A program made the translations under genes and the position numbers. Below are positions 41,098 through 49,207 of a stretch of DNA of 64,000 nt, piece after piece. How positions within the stretch are numbered: the first letter of the stretch is position 1; each line of letters begins with the position of its first letter. The DNA is from an uncultured delta proteobacterium. GTDB taxonomy: Bacteria > Desulfobacterota > DSM-4660 > Desulfatiglandales > HGW-15. The notes beneath the pieces were generated by a model. That model searched no databases. It had not been told where the DNA came from and saw only the letters and a program-made list of their open reading frames with translations. The stretch is from assembly GCA_963702565.1 (NCBI GenBank), contig CAVPDE010000016.1:320034-384033 (forward strand). Reading direction: 5' to 3'.

Positions 41098-41952
41098 ATG
41101 CTGCGCGATTTCCTTCGATTCATCGCTCGATCCAAACTCGGGATGTTCGGCATGATTATTTTCGCCGCGTGCGTGCTGGTCGCCGTCTTCGCGCCGGTTT
41201 TGGCCCCTTACGAACCCATGCAGAAGCACTATGATGCCTCCGGGAAGCTGATGAAACTCAAACCTCCTTCCCAAGAGCACCTTCTTGGAACCACGATTCT
41301 GGGCCGGGACGTGTTCAGCCAGCTCCTCTGGGGAGGGAGGCCCGCCCTCATGATCGGACTCCTCACGGCCATAGGAGTCGTGCTCATCGGGGTCAACATC
41401 GGCCTGATCGCAGGCTATTACGGCGGATGGATCGACAACCTGCTCATGAGGATCACAGACATCTTCATGGGCCTTCCCTTCCTGCCCTTCATCATCGTGG
41501 TGCTCTCCCTGACAGGGAGAAGCCTGTGGACGATCATTCTGGCTCTGGTCATCATCATGTGGCGCTCCACGGCACGGGTCATCCGCTCCCAGGTGCTCTC
41601 CCTCAGGGAACGTTCTTTCGTGGATGCAGCCCGCGTGTCCGGGGCGAGCAGTCTCAAAATCATTTATGTCGAGATTGCGCCCAACATCTTCCCCGTCGCC
41701 CTGGTCAACGTCGTGTTCGCCCTGGCATGGGCGATCATCACAGAGGCGAGCATCGGGTTCCTGGGTTTCGGGGATCCCAATGTGCTCAGCTGGGGATCCA
41801 TCATCTATGAGGCCTTTGCCTCTGAGATGTCCTACAAGGCCTGGTGGTGGGTGATCCCGCCGGGCGCTGCGATCATGATTCTTGTCACCGCGGTTTACTT
41901 CATCGGCCGTGCTTATGAAGAGATGATCAACCCGAGATTGAAAAGGTGGTAA
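41098..41952 (+). CDS. ABC transporter permease (DppC/OppC-like)
   Basis: HLLGTTILGRDVFS motif and EAA-loop region. Confidence 0.85.
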   Translation: MLRDFLRFIARSKLGMFGMIIFAACVLVAVFAPVLAPYEPMQKHYDASGKLMKLKPPSQEHLLGTTILGRDVFSQLLWGGRPALMIGLLTAIGVVLIGVNIGLIAGYYGGWIDNLLMRITDIFMGLPFLPFIIVVLSLTGRSLWTIILALVIIMWRSTARVIRSQVLSLRERSFVDAARVSGASSLKIIYVEIAPNIFPVALVNVVFALAWAIITEASIGFLGFGDPNVLSWGSIIYEAFASEMSYKAWWWVIPPGAAIMILVTAVYFIGRAYEEMINPRLKRW

Positions 41953-41976
41953 TGCTTAACGTTGGTCTTTGACGAC

Positions 41977-42116
41977 AAGCGAAAACCCGAGGCGGATCAA
42001 GAAACCGAATGTCGAATGTCGAACAGGGAATTTCGAATGACGAAGTGCAATGCCCTTGGATTCTTCCTTCGGCGTTCATTATTCGTTATTCGATATTCTG
42101 CGGTTCGCTTTTGAAC
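41977..42116. repeat. CGAA-word mosaic hairpin repeat, copy B (inside the ABC operon)
   Basis: The reverse complement of 42081-42116 equals gttcaaaagcgaacc+gcagaatatcgaataacgaat of copy A. It contains cgaatgtcgaatgtcgaa and a cccgaggcgg hairpin. Confidence 0.75.
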
Positions 42117-42168
42117 CTATTGGCAAAACGCAGAGAAATGGCAAGCCGTGATTCCGAAGAGATGTGAC

Positions 42169-43188
42169 ATGCTGGTCCTGGAAATCGAAAAGCTGAACAC
42201 GGTCTACCGAACCCAGCGGGGAGATGTGCGGGCTGTGGAGGATGTTTCTTTTAGCGTCAAGGAAGGGCTCAATTTCGGGCTCGTCGGGGAGTCGGCCTGC
42301 GGAAAGTCCACGGTCTTGAAATCCGTGATCGGCGTGTTGCCGCCCAACGCGTTTGTGGCAGGAGGCCGGATCCTCTTCAAAGGACGGGATCTCACCGCCC
42401 TGGACGAAGAGGAGAGGCGAAAGCTGAGGTGGAAACAAATCTCCATGATCACGCAGAGCGCTTTGAACTCCCTCGATCCGGTGCACAAGGTGGGGGATCA
42501 GATCGTCGAATCGATTCAGATCCACGAAACCATGGATCGCACCACTGCAAAACACAGGGTGGAGGAGATGTTCGCCCTTGTGGGGATCGACAGCAAGCGA
42601 TTCCGGGAGTACCCTCATCAGTTCAGCGGCGGAATGAGGCAGAGGGCCATCATCGCCATGAGCCTGATCCTCAAACCCTCCCTTGTCATTGCCGACGAAC
42701 CGACCACCTCCCTGGATGTGATCGTGCAGGATCAGATTCTCAAGAATATGAGAAGGCTTCAGGACATGCTGGGCTTTTCCATGCTGCTCGTCACCCATGA
42801 CATGGCTCTGGTCATCGAGAACTGCGACCACGTGGGAGTCATGTACGGCGGCAAGATCATGGAGCTGGGGCCCAAGAGAGGAGTGATCCTTCAGCCCTTC
42901 CATCCCTACACCATGGGCTTGAAGAACTCCTTCCCGAACATTCTGGACCGTCGCTCCGAACTCATCTCCATCCCAGGAGTTCCACCGGTCCTGATGGGCG
43001 AACTCCGGGGCTGCCGCTTCTTCTCGCGGTGCCCCTTCGGCACGGAGCGGTGTTCAAGGGAGATTCCGCCCCTGATCGAGGTAGGACCTGAGCACAGGGC
43101 GGCCTGTCATTACGCGGACCGTGCAGAAGAAATGCGAAACAAGGCCGCTCTGGCTGAGACCTGGCTGAACATGGCAAGGGTTCCTTGA
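42169..43188 (+). CDS. ABC transporter ATP-binding protein (DppD/OppD-like)
   Basis: Walker A GESACGKST, signature FSGGMRQR, Walker B VIADEPTT. A GTG alternative lies at 42148. Confidence 0.85.
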   Translation: MLVLEIEKLNTVYRTQRGDVRAVEDVSFSVKEGLNFGLVGESACGKSTVLKSVIGVLPPNAFVAGGRILFKGRDLTALDEEERRKLRWKQISMITQSALNSLDPVHKVGDQIVESIQIHETMDRTTAKHRVEEMFALVGIDSKRFREYPHQFSGGMRQRAIIAMSLILKPSLVIADEPTTSLDVIVQDQILKNMRRLQDMLGFSMLLVTHDMALVIENCDHVGVMYGGKIMELGPKRGVILQPFHPYTMGLKNSFPNILDRRSELISIPGVPPVLMGELRGCRFFSRCPFGTERCSREIPPLIEVGPEHRAACHYADRAEEMRNKAALAETWLNMARVP

Positions 43189-43258
43189 TCATTGGACATT
43201 GAACATGGATCATTGAAGGGCGATCATTTGATATTCGCGTTTTAAGGAGGACAAGCAC

Positions 43259-43732
43259 ATGACGCATTCTACAAGAAGCAAGCGAGCGGTCTACTTTGCC
43301 TACGGCACTCTGCTGGACATCAACGGCATGAAGAAGTACTGCCCTTCGGCAGAACCCCTCGGAGTGATGAGTTTGAAAGGATACCGGATGGGATTTGCTT
43401 TGTGTGGTGCAGATCCGGCCGTCGGCGGGTGCACGCTCGTCGAAGATGCGGGCAACACGATGTATGGTGTTCTCTACAGCCTTCCTGAAAAAGAATTGGC
43501 CGACCTGGATGCGGCATCCGGCGTGGACAAGGGGCTGTGGGCGACCATCAAAATCACGTTGACCAATGCCAAGGGGCAAAAGGTCCCTGCGAACACTCTC
43601 ACCATCCCTGACCCGGCCGGCCCCTACCGGCCGCCTGAAACTTACACGAACCCCATCCTAGCCGGTGCCAGAGCCTGGCCTCTGCCTGAAGGGTACATCA
43701 AGCAACTCGTAGAGATCATCGGCAAAGCGTAG
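43259..43732 (+). CDS. gamma-glutamylcyclotransferase (AIG2/GGCT-like) family protein
   Basis: N-terminal YFAYGTLL motif and fold-typical length of 157 aa. Confidence 0.65.
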   Translation: MTHSTRSKRAVYFAYGTLLDINGMKKYCPSAEPLGVMSLKGYRMGFALCGADPAVGGCTLVEDAGNTMYGVLYSLPEKELADLDAASGVDKGLWATIKITLTNAKGQKVPANTLTIPDPAGPYRPPETYTNPILAGARAWPLPEGYIKQLVEIIGKA

Positions 43733-43752
43733 GGGAAGATGACCTTCTCGCT

Positions 43753-44361
43753 CTATCCTTGACCAAGGCCCTTGACCATCTCTTCGACGACGAGGAGATC
43801 CGAAGGGGTTCCTCTCTCCCTGAGCTTTTCGGCTATTCGCCTGCGGTCCTCTTCGCTTTTCTGCTGAGCGAATTTGAATTTTCCGGTCATGGTCTCAGGG
43901 ATAAGCGCAAAAACGCCCGTAGCCCGCAAAACTTTTTTGTACATCTCGTCTTCAGGACTCAGTCTTCTGTATCTTCCCTCGGGTTGGTACTTCTCCATCA
44001 GGAGATTAAGCACCGCGCATTTCTCTTCGGGGTCCTCTATGAACCGGCATCGTCCTCGCACCGCGACCGACTTATAAGCCACGGACGACCCGGTCGCGTT
44101 CTCCTCTGAGAGGAAATGCGACGGCAGATAGGTCTGCAAGGACACGGCAAAAAAACTTGCGCGAGGATCCTTTTTCAAAGATTCGAAGCGCTCCCCGGCA
44201 ACCGCCCCGTGCCAAAGGATCCGGCCGTCATAAGCGTAATTGAGCGCCGTCACTCTGGGCCAGCCGTCGGACCCGTTGAACCCGAGGGTCCCGATCTCAG
44301 CCCTCCTCAACACCTCTTCCATTCGACTCTGATCCACCACCTCAAATTCTTTTCTGCGCAC
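43753..44361 (-). CDS. pyridoxamine 5'-phosphate oxidase-like FMN-binding protein
   Basis: The split-barrel family pattern is present (PRVTALNYAYDGRILWHGA, GRCRFIEDPEEK). GTG 44361 follows AAGGGGGA. The upstream part of the ORF runs into a repeat. Confidence 0.6.
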   Translation of the reverse strand: MRRKEFEVVDQSRMEEVLRRAEIGTLGFNGSDGWPRVTALNYAYDGRILWHGAVAGERFESLKKDPRASFFAVSLQTYLPSHFLSEENATGSSVAYKSVAVRGRCRFIEDPEEKCAVLNLLMEKYQPEGRYRRLSPEDEMYKKVLRATGVFALIPETMTGKFKFAQQKSEEDRRRIAEKLRERGTPSDLLVVEEMVKGLGQG

Positions 44362-44473
44362 CGCTGCTCCCCCTTTCCCTTGCAAGGGTTGGACATCTTG
44401 CCTATCATGTAGTATATGACCCTTCCTGTGTCCAGAAAATGATTTAAACCGCTGTCGGCTGGAGCCGACAGCT

Positions 44474-44576
44474 AGAGGGACAAAGGGACAGAGGGGCAAA
44501 GGCACAAAGGCAATTCACTCTTTGCGTTGTTCGACCCTTTGTGCCTATGTGCCTTTGTACCTTTGTGCCTCCCTCT
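44474..44576. repeat. word-repeat hairpin (GGCACAAAG words)
   Basis: The left arm agagggacaaagggacagaggggcaaaggcacaaaggca pairs imperfectly with the right arm ccctttgtgcctatgtgcctttgtacctttgtgcctccctct. Confidence 0.7.
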
Positions 44577-45960
44577 CGCCGAGAGGGATCCTATTGGAGG
44601 AACTTTGGATCTCAGAAAGATTGTCTTATGGATTGGTTTCGCATTTGTCTTGGGCCTCCTGGGCGTCGTGGGATGGTTCGTCGCATTTGTGTATGAGGGC
44701 GAAGCCCCTTCTGCGAGCCTCCAACCTCTTCCCGAGTACATTTCCAAGGCTCAGAAGTTCACGGTCACAGCAGAGGACAAAAAGCGGGGGCTCAGAGCCG
44801 TCAAACTCTCCATCACTCAAGGAGGCAAAGAGACGGTTCTCCTGGACGAGAAGTTCCCCTACCAAGGGATTCTCAACCGCGACGGGGTTCATCAGGTGAA
44901 GAAAGATATCTCCATTGATCCTACAGCGCTGAAACTCGTCCAGGGCGAGTTCAACATCACCCTCCGGGTGTGGGATCATTCAAGGAGAGGAGAGGGAAAT
45001 CCTGCCGGCCTTGAGCACAAGAGCATCGTGGACACGGTTCCCCCGTCGCTTCGCGCGGTCAGCCGCATGCACAACGTGAATGTGGGCGGGGTCGGGTTCG
45101 CGGTCTATCAAACTTCCCGGGATGCGGCTTCGAGCGGTGTGTTCGTCGATGAGCTTTTCTTCCCCGGTTACCCGGATAAGGATCAGAGGGAAAAAGGAAT
45201 TCACCACTGCTACTTCGCAATCCCTTATGACAACACAGCGAATCCCAAAATCAACCTGTGGGCCAAGGACCAGGCAGGAAATGAGGCGAGAACTTCTTTT
45301 TATTATCACGTGATCCGAAAGAAGTTCCGCGAGGACAAAATGGAAATTTCGGACCGCTTCCTCCAAAACCTTCTCCCTTACTTCTCCTTTTACCCCCTCG
45401 AGTCCGAGGAGAGCGACATCAGGAAATTTCTCAAGATCAATACCGAGCTGCGCCGCGAAAACCACAACACCCTCTCTCAACTGAAAGACCAAACCAGCCC
45501 GGAGAGACTCTGGGACGGGGTGTGGCTCTCTCACTGGAACGGCCAGACCATGGCCCGATTTGCCGATCATCGGGTTTACCTTTATAAGGGACAGAGAGTG
45601 GACGACAAGTTCCATCTCGGCGTCGATCTCGCATCCCTCAGCAACGCTCCGGTGCTTGCGTCAAACAACGGAAAGGTCCTCTTTGCCGACAGGCTCGGAA
45701 TCTACGGGCTTGCCGTGGTCATCGATCACGGGCAGGGGCTTGCCTCGGTTTACGGGCATTTGAGCAAGATCGAAGTGAGCCCGGGACAAGCCGTAAACAA
45801 AGGAGAGGTCATTGGTCTGACCGGTGACACCGGACTTGCAGGCGGAGACCATCTTCATTTTTCCGTCATGCTCCAGGGAATTTTCGTGAACCCTGTCGAG
45901 TGGTGGGACCGGCACTGGATCATGGACAATGTGACCAAGAAACTTTCATTGGTCGAATGA
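44527..45960 (+). CDS. M23 (LytM-domain) peptidase; 5' end uncertain
   Basis: C-terminal HLGVDLA...GDTGLAGGDHLHFSV zinc motif. The annotated N-terminus overlaps the repeat, so the true start is probably a TTG/GTG near 44600. Confidence 0.8.
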   Translation: MFDPLCLCAFVPLCLPLAERDPIGGTLDLRKIVLWIGFAFVLGLLGVVGWFVAFVYEGEAPSASLQPLPEYISKAQKFTVTAEDKKRGLRAVKLSITQGGKETVLLDEKFPYQGILNRDGVHQVKKDISIDPTALKLVQGEFNITLRVWDHSRRGEGNPAGLEHKSIVDTVPPSLRAVSRMHNVNVGGVGFAVYQTSRDAASSGVFVDELFFPGYPDKDQREKGIHHCYFAIPYDNTANPKINLWAKDQAGNEARTSFYYHVIRKKFREDKMEISDRFLQNLLPYFSFYPLESEESDIRKFLKINTELRRENHNTLSQLKDQTSPERLWDGVWLSHWNGQTMARFADHRVYLYKGQRVDDKFHLGVDLASLSNAPVLASNNGKVLFADRLGIYGLAVVIDHGQGLASVYGHLSKIEVSPGQAVNKGEVIGLTGDTGLAGGDHLHFSVMLQGIFVNPVEWWDRHWIMDNVTKKLSLVE

Positions 45961-46610
45961 CCTCCATCATGGTTCTTACCCTGGAAGATATCATAGGATA
46001 TGCGAAGGAATGCTTCGCTGCCGCTCGCAACAGCCACGGCTGGGATCACACGGAGCGGGTCTACAGACTGTGCATGCACATCGGACAGGTGGAGGGGGCT
46101 GATCTGGAGGTTCTCGCCGCAGCGGCTTATCTCCATGATGTGGGGCGATCTTACCAAGACGAATCAAAGGGTGCGATCTGTCATGCGGCGAAGGGAGCGC
46201 AGATCGCCAGTACCCTGCTGGCGAGCTATCCCCTTTCCGACGAAAAAAAACGGGCCATCGTCCACTGTATCGAATCCCACAGGTTTCGCGGCATTCACGC
46301 GCCCGAATCCCTGGAAGCCAGAACCCTTTTTGACGCGGACAAGCTCGATTCCATCGGCGCCATCGGTATCGGCAGAGCTTTTCTGTTTGCCGGAGAGGTA
46401 GGAGCCAAGCTCCACAATCCTGAAGCGGACCTCCACAACACCCGGCCCTACACCGAAGAGGACACGGGGTACAGGGAGTTCAAACTCAAGCTCTCCAACA
46501 TCAAAGACCGGATGCTCACTGCCGAAGGAAGGCGCATCGCCGAGGAGCGTCACGCGTTCATGGAAGGATTCTTTCAAAGGCTCCAGGAGGAGTATGAAGG
46601 AAGGAAATGA
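45957..46610 (+). CDS. HD-domain phosphohydrolase
   Basis: HGWDHTERV and YLHDVGR motifs. ATGA overlap with the M23 gene stop. Confidence 0.75.
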   Translation: MTSIMVLTLEDIIGYAKECFAAARNSHGWDHTERVYRLCMHIGQVEGADLEVLAAAAYLHDVGRSYQDESKGAICHAAKGAQIASTLLASYPLSDEKKRAIVHCIESHRFRGIHAPESLEARTLFDADKLDSIGAIGIGRAFLFAGEVGAKLHNPEADLHNTRPYTEEDTGYREFKLKLSNIKDRMLTAEGRRIAEERHAFMEGFFQRLQEEYEGRK

Positions 46611-46634
46611 TTTCGCAGAGCGCCCTGCGCTTCC

Positions 46635-47414
46635 TTATCCCATAGGGCCGACGCGCTGTCGTTCGATTCTGAGGTCGATGGCCCGGGCAGCGTCCACCGC
46701 ATACTGCGAGACCAGCTTCATTCTCTCTTCGTCAAGGCTTGCCTTGAGCCCCACGACCCAAATGGCCGACATGAGGGGTTCAGCCTTTTTGATCGGGGCT
46801 GCAACCGCCCTGACTCCCATGATGTATTCCTCATCATCCGTGGCAAAGCCGTTCTCTCTGGCCGCCCGGATCTCCTGAAGATAGCGCTCGGTGCTGGTGA
46901 TGGAATTCTCCGTAAACCGAGTGAGCCCCTTGGTCTTGATGATCCGCCTGACCTCTTCCTCATCCATTTTTGAAAGAAAGACCTTGCCCACGGCGCCTGC
47001 CAGCAGCGGCAGGGTCGTTCCGATCGGCGCTGTGATCTTAAGCTCAGTCCTGGGATCCACCACGTCCAAGACAGTGACGTGATCCCAGTTCAGGACTCCA
47101 AGGAAGACCGACGCGCTGGTCCTTTCCATCAGCTCCTCAGCCACAGGTCTTGCAAGGTCTTTGAGGTCTATCTGCGAATAGGCTTTCTTGCCCAGTTCGA
47201 AGAGCGTGAACCCGAGGGTGTACCGCTTTGTCACAGGATCCCTCAAGACCACGCCCACCTCTTCCAGGGCAGAGGTCATCCCGTGGACCGTGCTTTTGGC
47301 AATGCCCAGGCCCCTCGCAATCTCGCTGATTCCCACTCCGTCCTTGCTCGTGGAAATAAGCTTCAGAATTTCGAAGGCTCTCTTAACCGATGGGGCAAAG
47401 TATCCTTTACTCAT
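46635..47414 (-). CDS. IclR-family transcriptional regulator
   Basis: N-terminal wHTH (AFEILKLIS...GISEIARGLGIAKSTVHGM) and a C-terminal IclR effector domain. Confidence 0.85.
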   Translation of the reverse strand: MSKGYFAPSVKRAFEILKLISTSKDGVGISEIARGLGIAKSTVHGMTSALEEVGVVLRDPVTKRYTLGFTLFELGKKAYSQIDLKDLARPVAEELMERTSASVFLGVLNWDHVTVLDVVDPRTELKITAPIGTTLPLLAGAVGKVFLSKMDEEEVRRIIKTKGLTRFTENSITSTERYLQEIRAARENGFATDDEEYIMGVRAVAAPIKKAEPLMSAIWVVGLKASLDEERMKLVSQYAVDAARAIDLRIERQRVGPMG

Positions 47415-47415
47415 T

Positions 47416-47431
47416 GTTCACCATATTGAAC
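47416..47431. promoter_or_regulatory. operator palindrome site 1 (GTTCA-N6-TGAAC)
   Basis: gttcaccatattgaac, immediately upstream of the iclR start codon. Confidence 0.6.
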
Positions 47432-47540
47432 TGCTCAATGAGTTTACAGATATCCGGAGGCTCCTGTCAACAGGATTCTGGTTTTGCAATGGGGTCGTGG
47501 TTCGAACATATCGATCGTCTTTGTTAGAACGATTTTCTCC

Positions 47541-47568
47541 TTGACAAAAAACAACCTCCCGATATCAT
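47541..47568 (+). promoter_or_regulatory. putative sigma70 promoter of the membrane FeS gene
   Basis: TTGACA 47541-47546, 16-nt spacer, TATCAT 47563-47568. Confidence 0.5.
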
Positions 47569-47581
47569 AGACGCCATTGCT

Positions 47582-47597
47582 GTTCATTTACATGAAC
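47582..47597. promoter_or_regulatory. operator palindrome site 2
   Basis: gttcatttacatgaac, 14 nt downstream of the -10 candidate. Confidence 0.6.
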
Positions 47598-47634
47598 TCC
47601 GCTTTGTTTGGTTGACCAATGGCAGGAGGCCAGT

Positions 47635-48654
47635 ATGGATTTAAGCCTATTTGCAGAGGGCCCTCTACTCTGGATCGTGTTTTTGCTGTTTCTTGCCGGT
47701 GTGACTGCCAGGCTCGTCTTCTTCGGAATCAAGATTCTCACCAACCCTAAAGGAGACCAGACACGATGGGGATTTAGCGTGCCCATCTTCGGCCGCTTTC
47801 TTCTGCCCTTTCACAAGGCGATTGCCAAGAAGCCCCTTTACGCGGTCATCCGTTACCTCTTTCACCTCTGCCTTTTCATCGTACCCATCTGGCTCGGCGG
47901 CCATATCAGCCTGTGGGAGGAATCCAGGCTCGGCTGGGCCTGGTCTTCTATCCCTGACAAGCTCGCTGACTGGATGACCCTCCTGGTGATCATCCTTGCT
48001 GCGTTTTTTCTGGCTCGGAGGCTCGTTTGGCCCGAGGCGCGAACTGGAACATCTTGGACGGATTTCCTCGTCATTGTCATTGCAGGACTTCCTTTTCTCA
48101 CCGGCTGGTTTCTGACTCACGGCACCTTGGATAAAGTCGCTTTTTTAGGGGACAACATGCGGCTGATCCACGTTCTGAGCGGGGAAGCCATGATCCTCAT
48201 GGCGGTCTTCCTCTTTTGCAGAACCAGGATGAATCCCAGCCGGTGCACGGGGTGCGCTGCCTGCGAGATCAGCTGCCCCACGGGCACACTCGAATCCCGG
48301 GACAAAGGCGCTTTCAGGATTTTCAATTACTCCCACTATCAGTGCATCTGCTGCGGGGCCTGCGTGAATACCTGCCCGGAAAATGCAGCCGAGCTCAGGC
48401 ACGACATCAGTCCGCGAAAATTCTTCCAGATCCTCTCCAAGCAGGAGATCCGCGCGGTTGAGATGAAGCCCTGCCAAAAATGCGGCGCCCTGTTTATGCC
48501 CGAGCCGCTTTTCACCAAAATCAGCAAGACCTTTGCAGACGACTATCTCCACCTCTGCCCGAACTGCAGAAAAGCAAATGTGGTGGAGCTTTATCGCCGC
48601 ATGGCGCCGTGGATCAAGAAACAGGGCGCGCCAGCCCAAAGCAAGAAATCATGA
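47635..48654 (+). CDS. NarI/DsrM-like polytopic membrane protein fused to a 2x[4Fe-4S] ferredoxin domain and a C-terminal CxxC...CxxC ribbon
   Basis: ATG 47635 follows GGCAGGAGG. There are about 5 TM helices with conserved His (FHLCLF, GGHISLW, LIHVLSG), then CTGCAACEISCP, CICCGACVNTCP, CQKCG...CPNC. Confidence 0.7.
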   Translation: MDLSLFAEGPLLWIVFLLFLAGVTARLVFFGIKILTNPKGDQTRWGFSVPIFGRFLLPFHKAIAKKPLYAVIRYLFHLCLFIVPIWLGGHISLWEESRLGWAWSSIPDKLADWMTLLVIILAAFFLARRLVWPEARTGTSWTDFLVIVIAGLPFLTGWFLTHGTLDKVAFLGDNMRLIHVLSGEAMILMAVFLFCRTRMNPSRCTGCAACEISCPTGTLESRDKGAFRIFNYSHYQCICCGACVNTCPENAAELRHDISPRKFFQILSKQEIRAVEMKPCQKCGALFMPEPLFTKISKTFADDYLHLCPNCRKANVVELYRRMAPWIKKQGAPAQSKKS

Positions 48655-48659
48655 CAATC

Positions 48660-48675
48660 GTTCATCATATTGAAC
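48660..48675. promoter_or_regulatory. operator palindrome site 3
   Basis: gttcatcatattgaac, 5 nt after the stop of the membrane FeS gene. Confidence 0.6.
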
Positions 48676-48775
48676 GATTTTGGAAGCAGCTTTCCGCTTT
48701 AGCGGTTTGGTCAAAATAGCCATAAGACGGGCATAAATACAGCAAGCGCATTTTATCAGTGCTATGATTTTTCCC

Positions 48776-48804
48776 TTGACAAGGGAGAGCATTCTGGTTA
48801 CATT
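48776..48804 (+). promoter_or_regulatory. putative sigma70 promoter of the zinc-ribbon/AOR-2 operon
   Basis: TTGACA 48776-48781, 17-nt spacer, TACATT 48799-48804. Confidence 0.5.
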
Positions 48805-48814
48805 CGCCAGGGTT

Positions 48815-48830
48815 GTTCATGATAATGAAC
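48815..48830. promoter_or_regulatory. operator palindrome site 4
   Basis: gttcatgataatgaac, 10 nt downstream of the -10 candidate. Confidence 0.6.
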
Positions 48831-48933
48831 TGCCGGATATGCCAGCTTCCGGTTGTTGAAATTGAAATTCTTCCCGAGTTGGTAACCATCAAAATGATTT
48901 CTGCCGCATGTAGAGATCAGAAAGGAGAGCGTC

Positions 48934-49206
48934 ATGGTTGATGAAAAAGATAACCTCTCGACAGCGGAGAGCTTGCGCGCAACCAGAACCTACGGCAAAT
49001 TCCGATGTCACAATCCCACTTGCATGGAAAGACTCGAGCCGAAGAAGGGGGACAAGACCATCAAGTGCCCGACGTGCGGAATGGAATTCCGCGTGGCGTG
49101 GGTCAAAGATGGACTCCCCAGAATCAGGGGACCGGTCTGGGAAGTGAACAGAAAAATTGCCGAAGCGGAATTAGCCAGAAAGATGAAGGCGAAGGAGGGG
49201 AAGTGA
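48934..49206 (+). CDS. small zinc-ribbon protein, translationally coupled to AOR-2
   Basis: 90 aa. CHNPTC...CPTCG, with a Lys-rich C-terminal helix. AAAGGAGAG RBS. The stop lies 1 nt before the AOR-2 ATG. Confidence 0.6.
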   Translation: MVDEKDNLSTAESLRATRTYGKFRCHNPTCMERLEPKKGDKTIKCPTCGMEFRVAWVKDGLPRIRGPVWEVNRKIAEAELARKMKAKEGK

Positions 49207-49207
49207 C

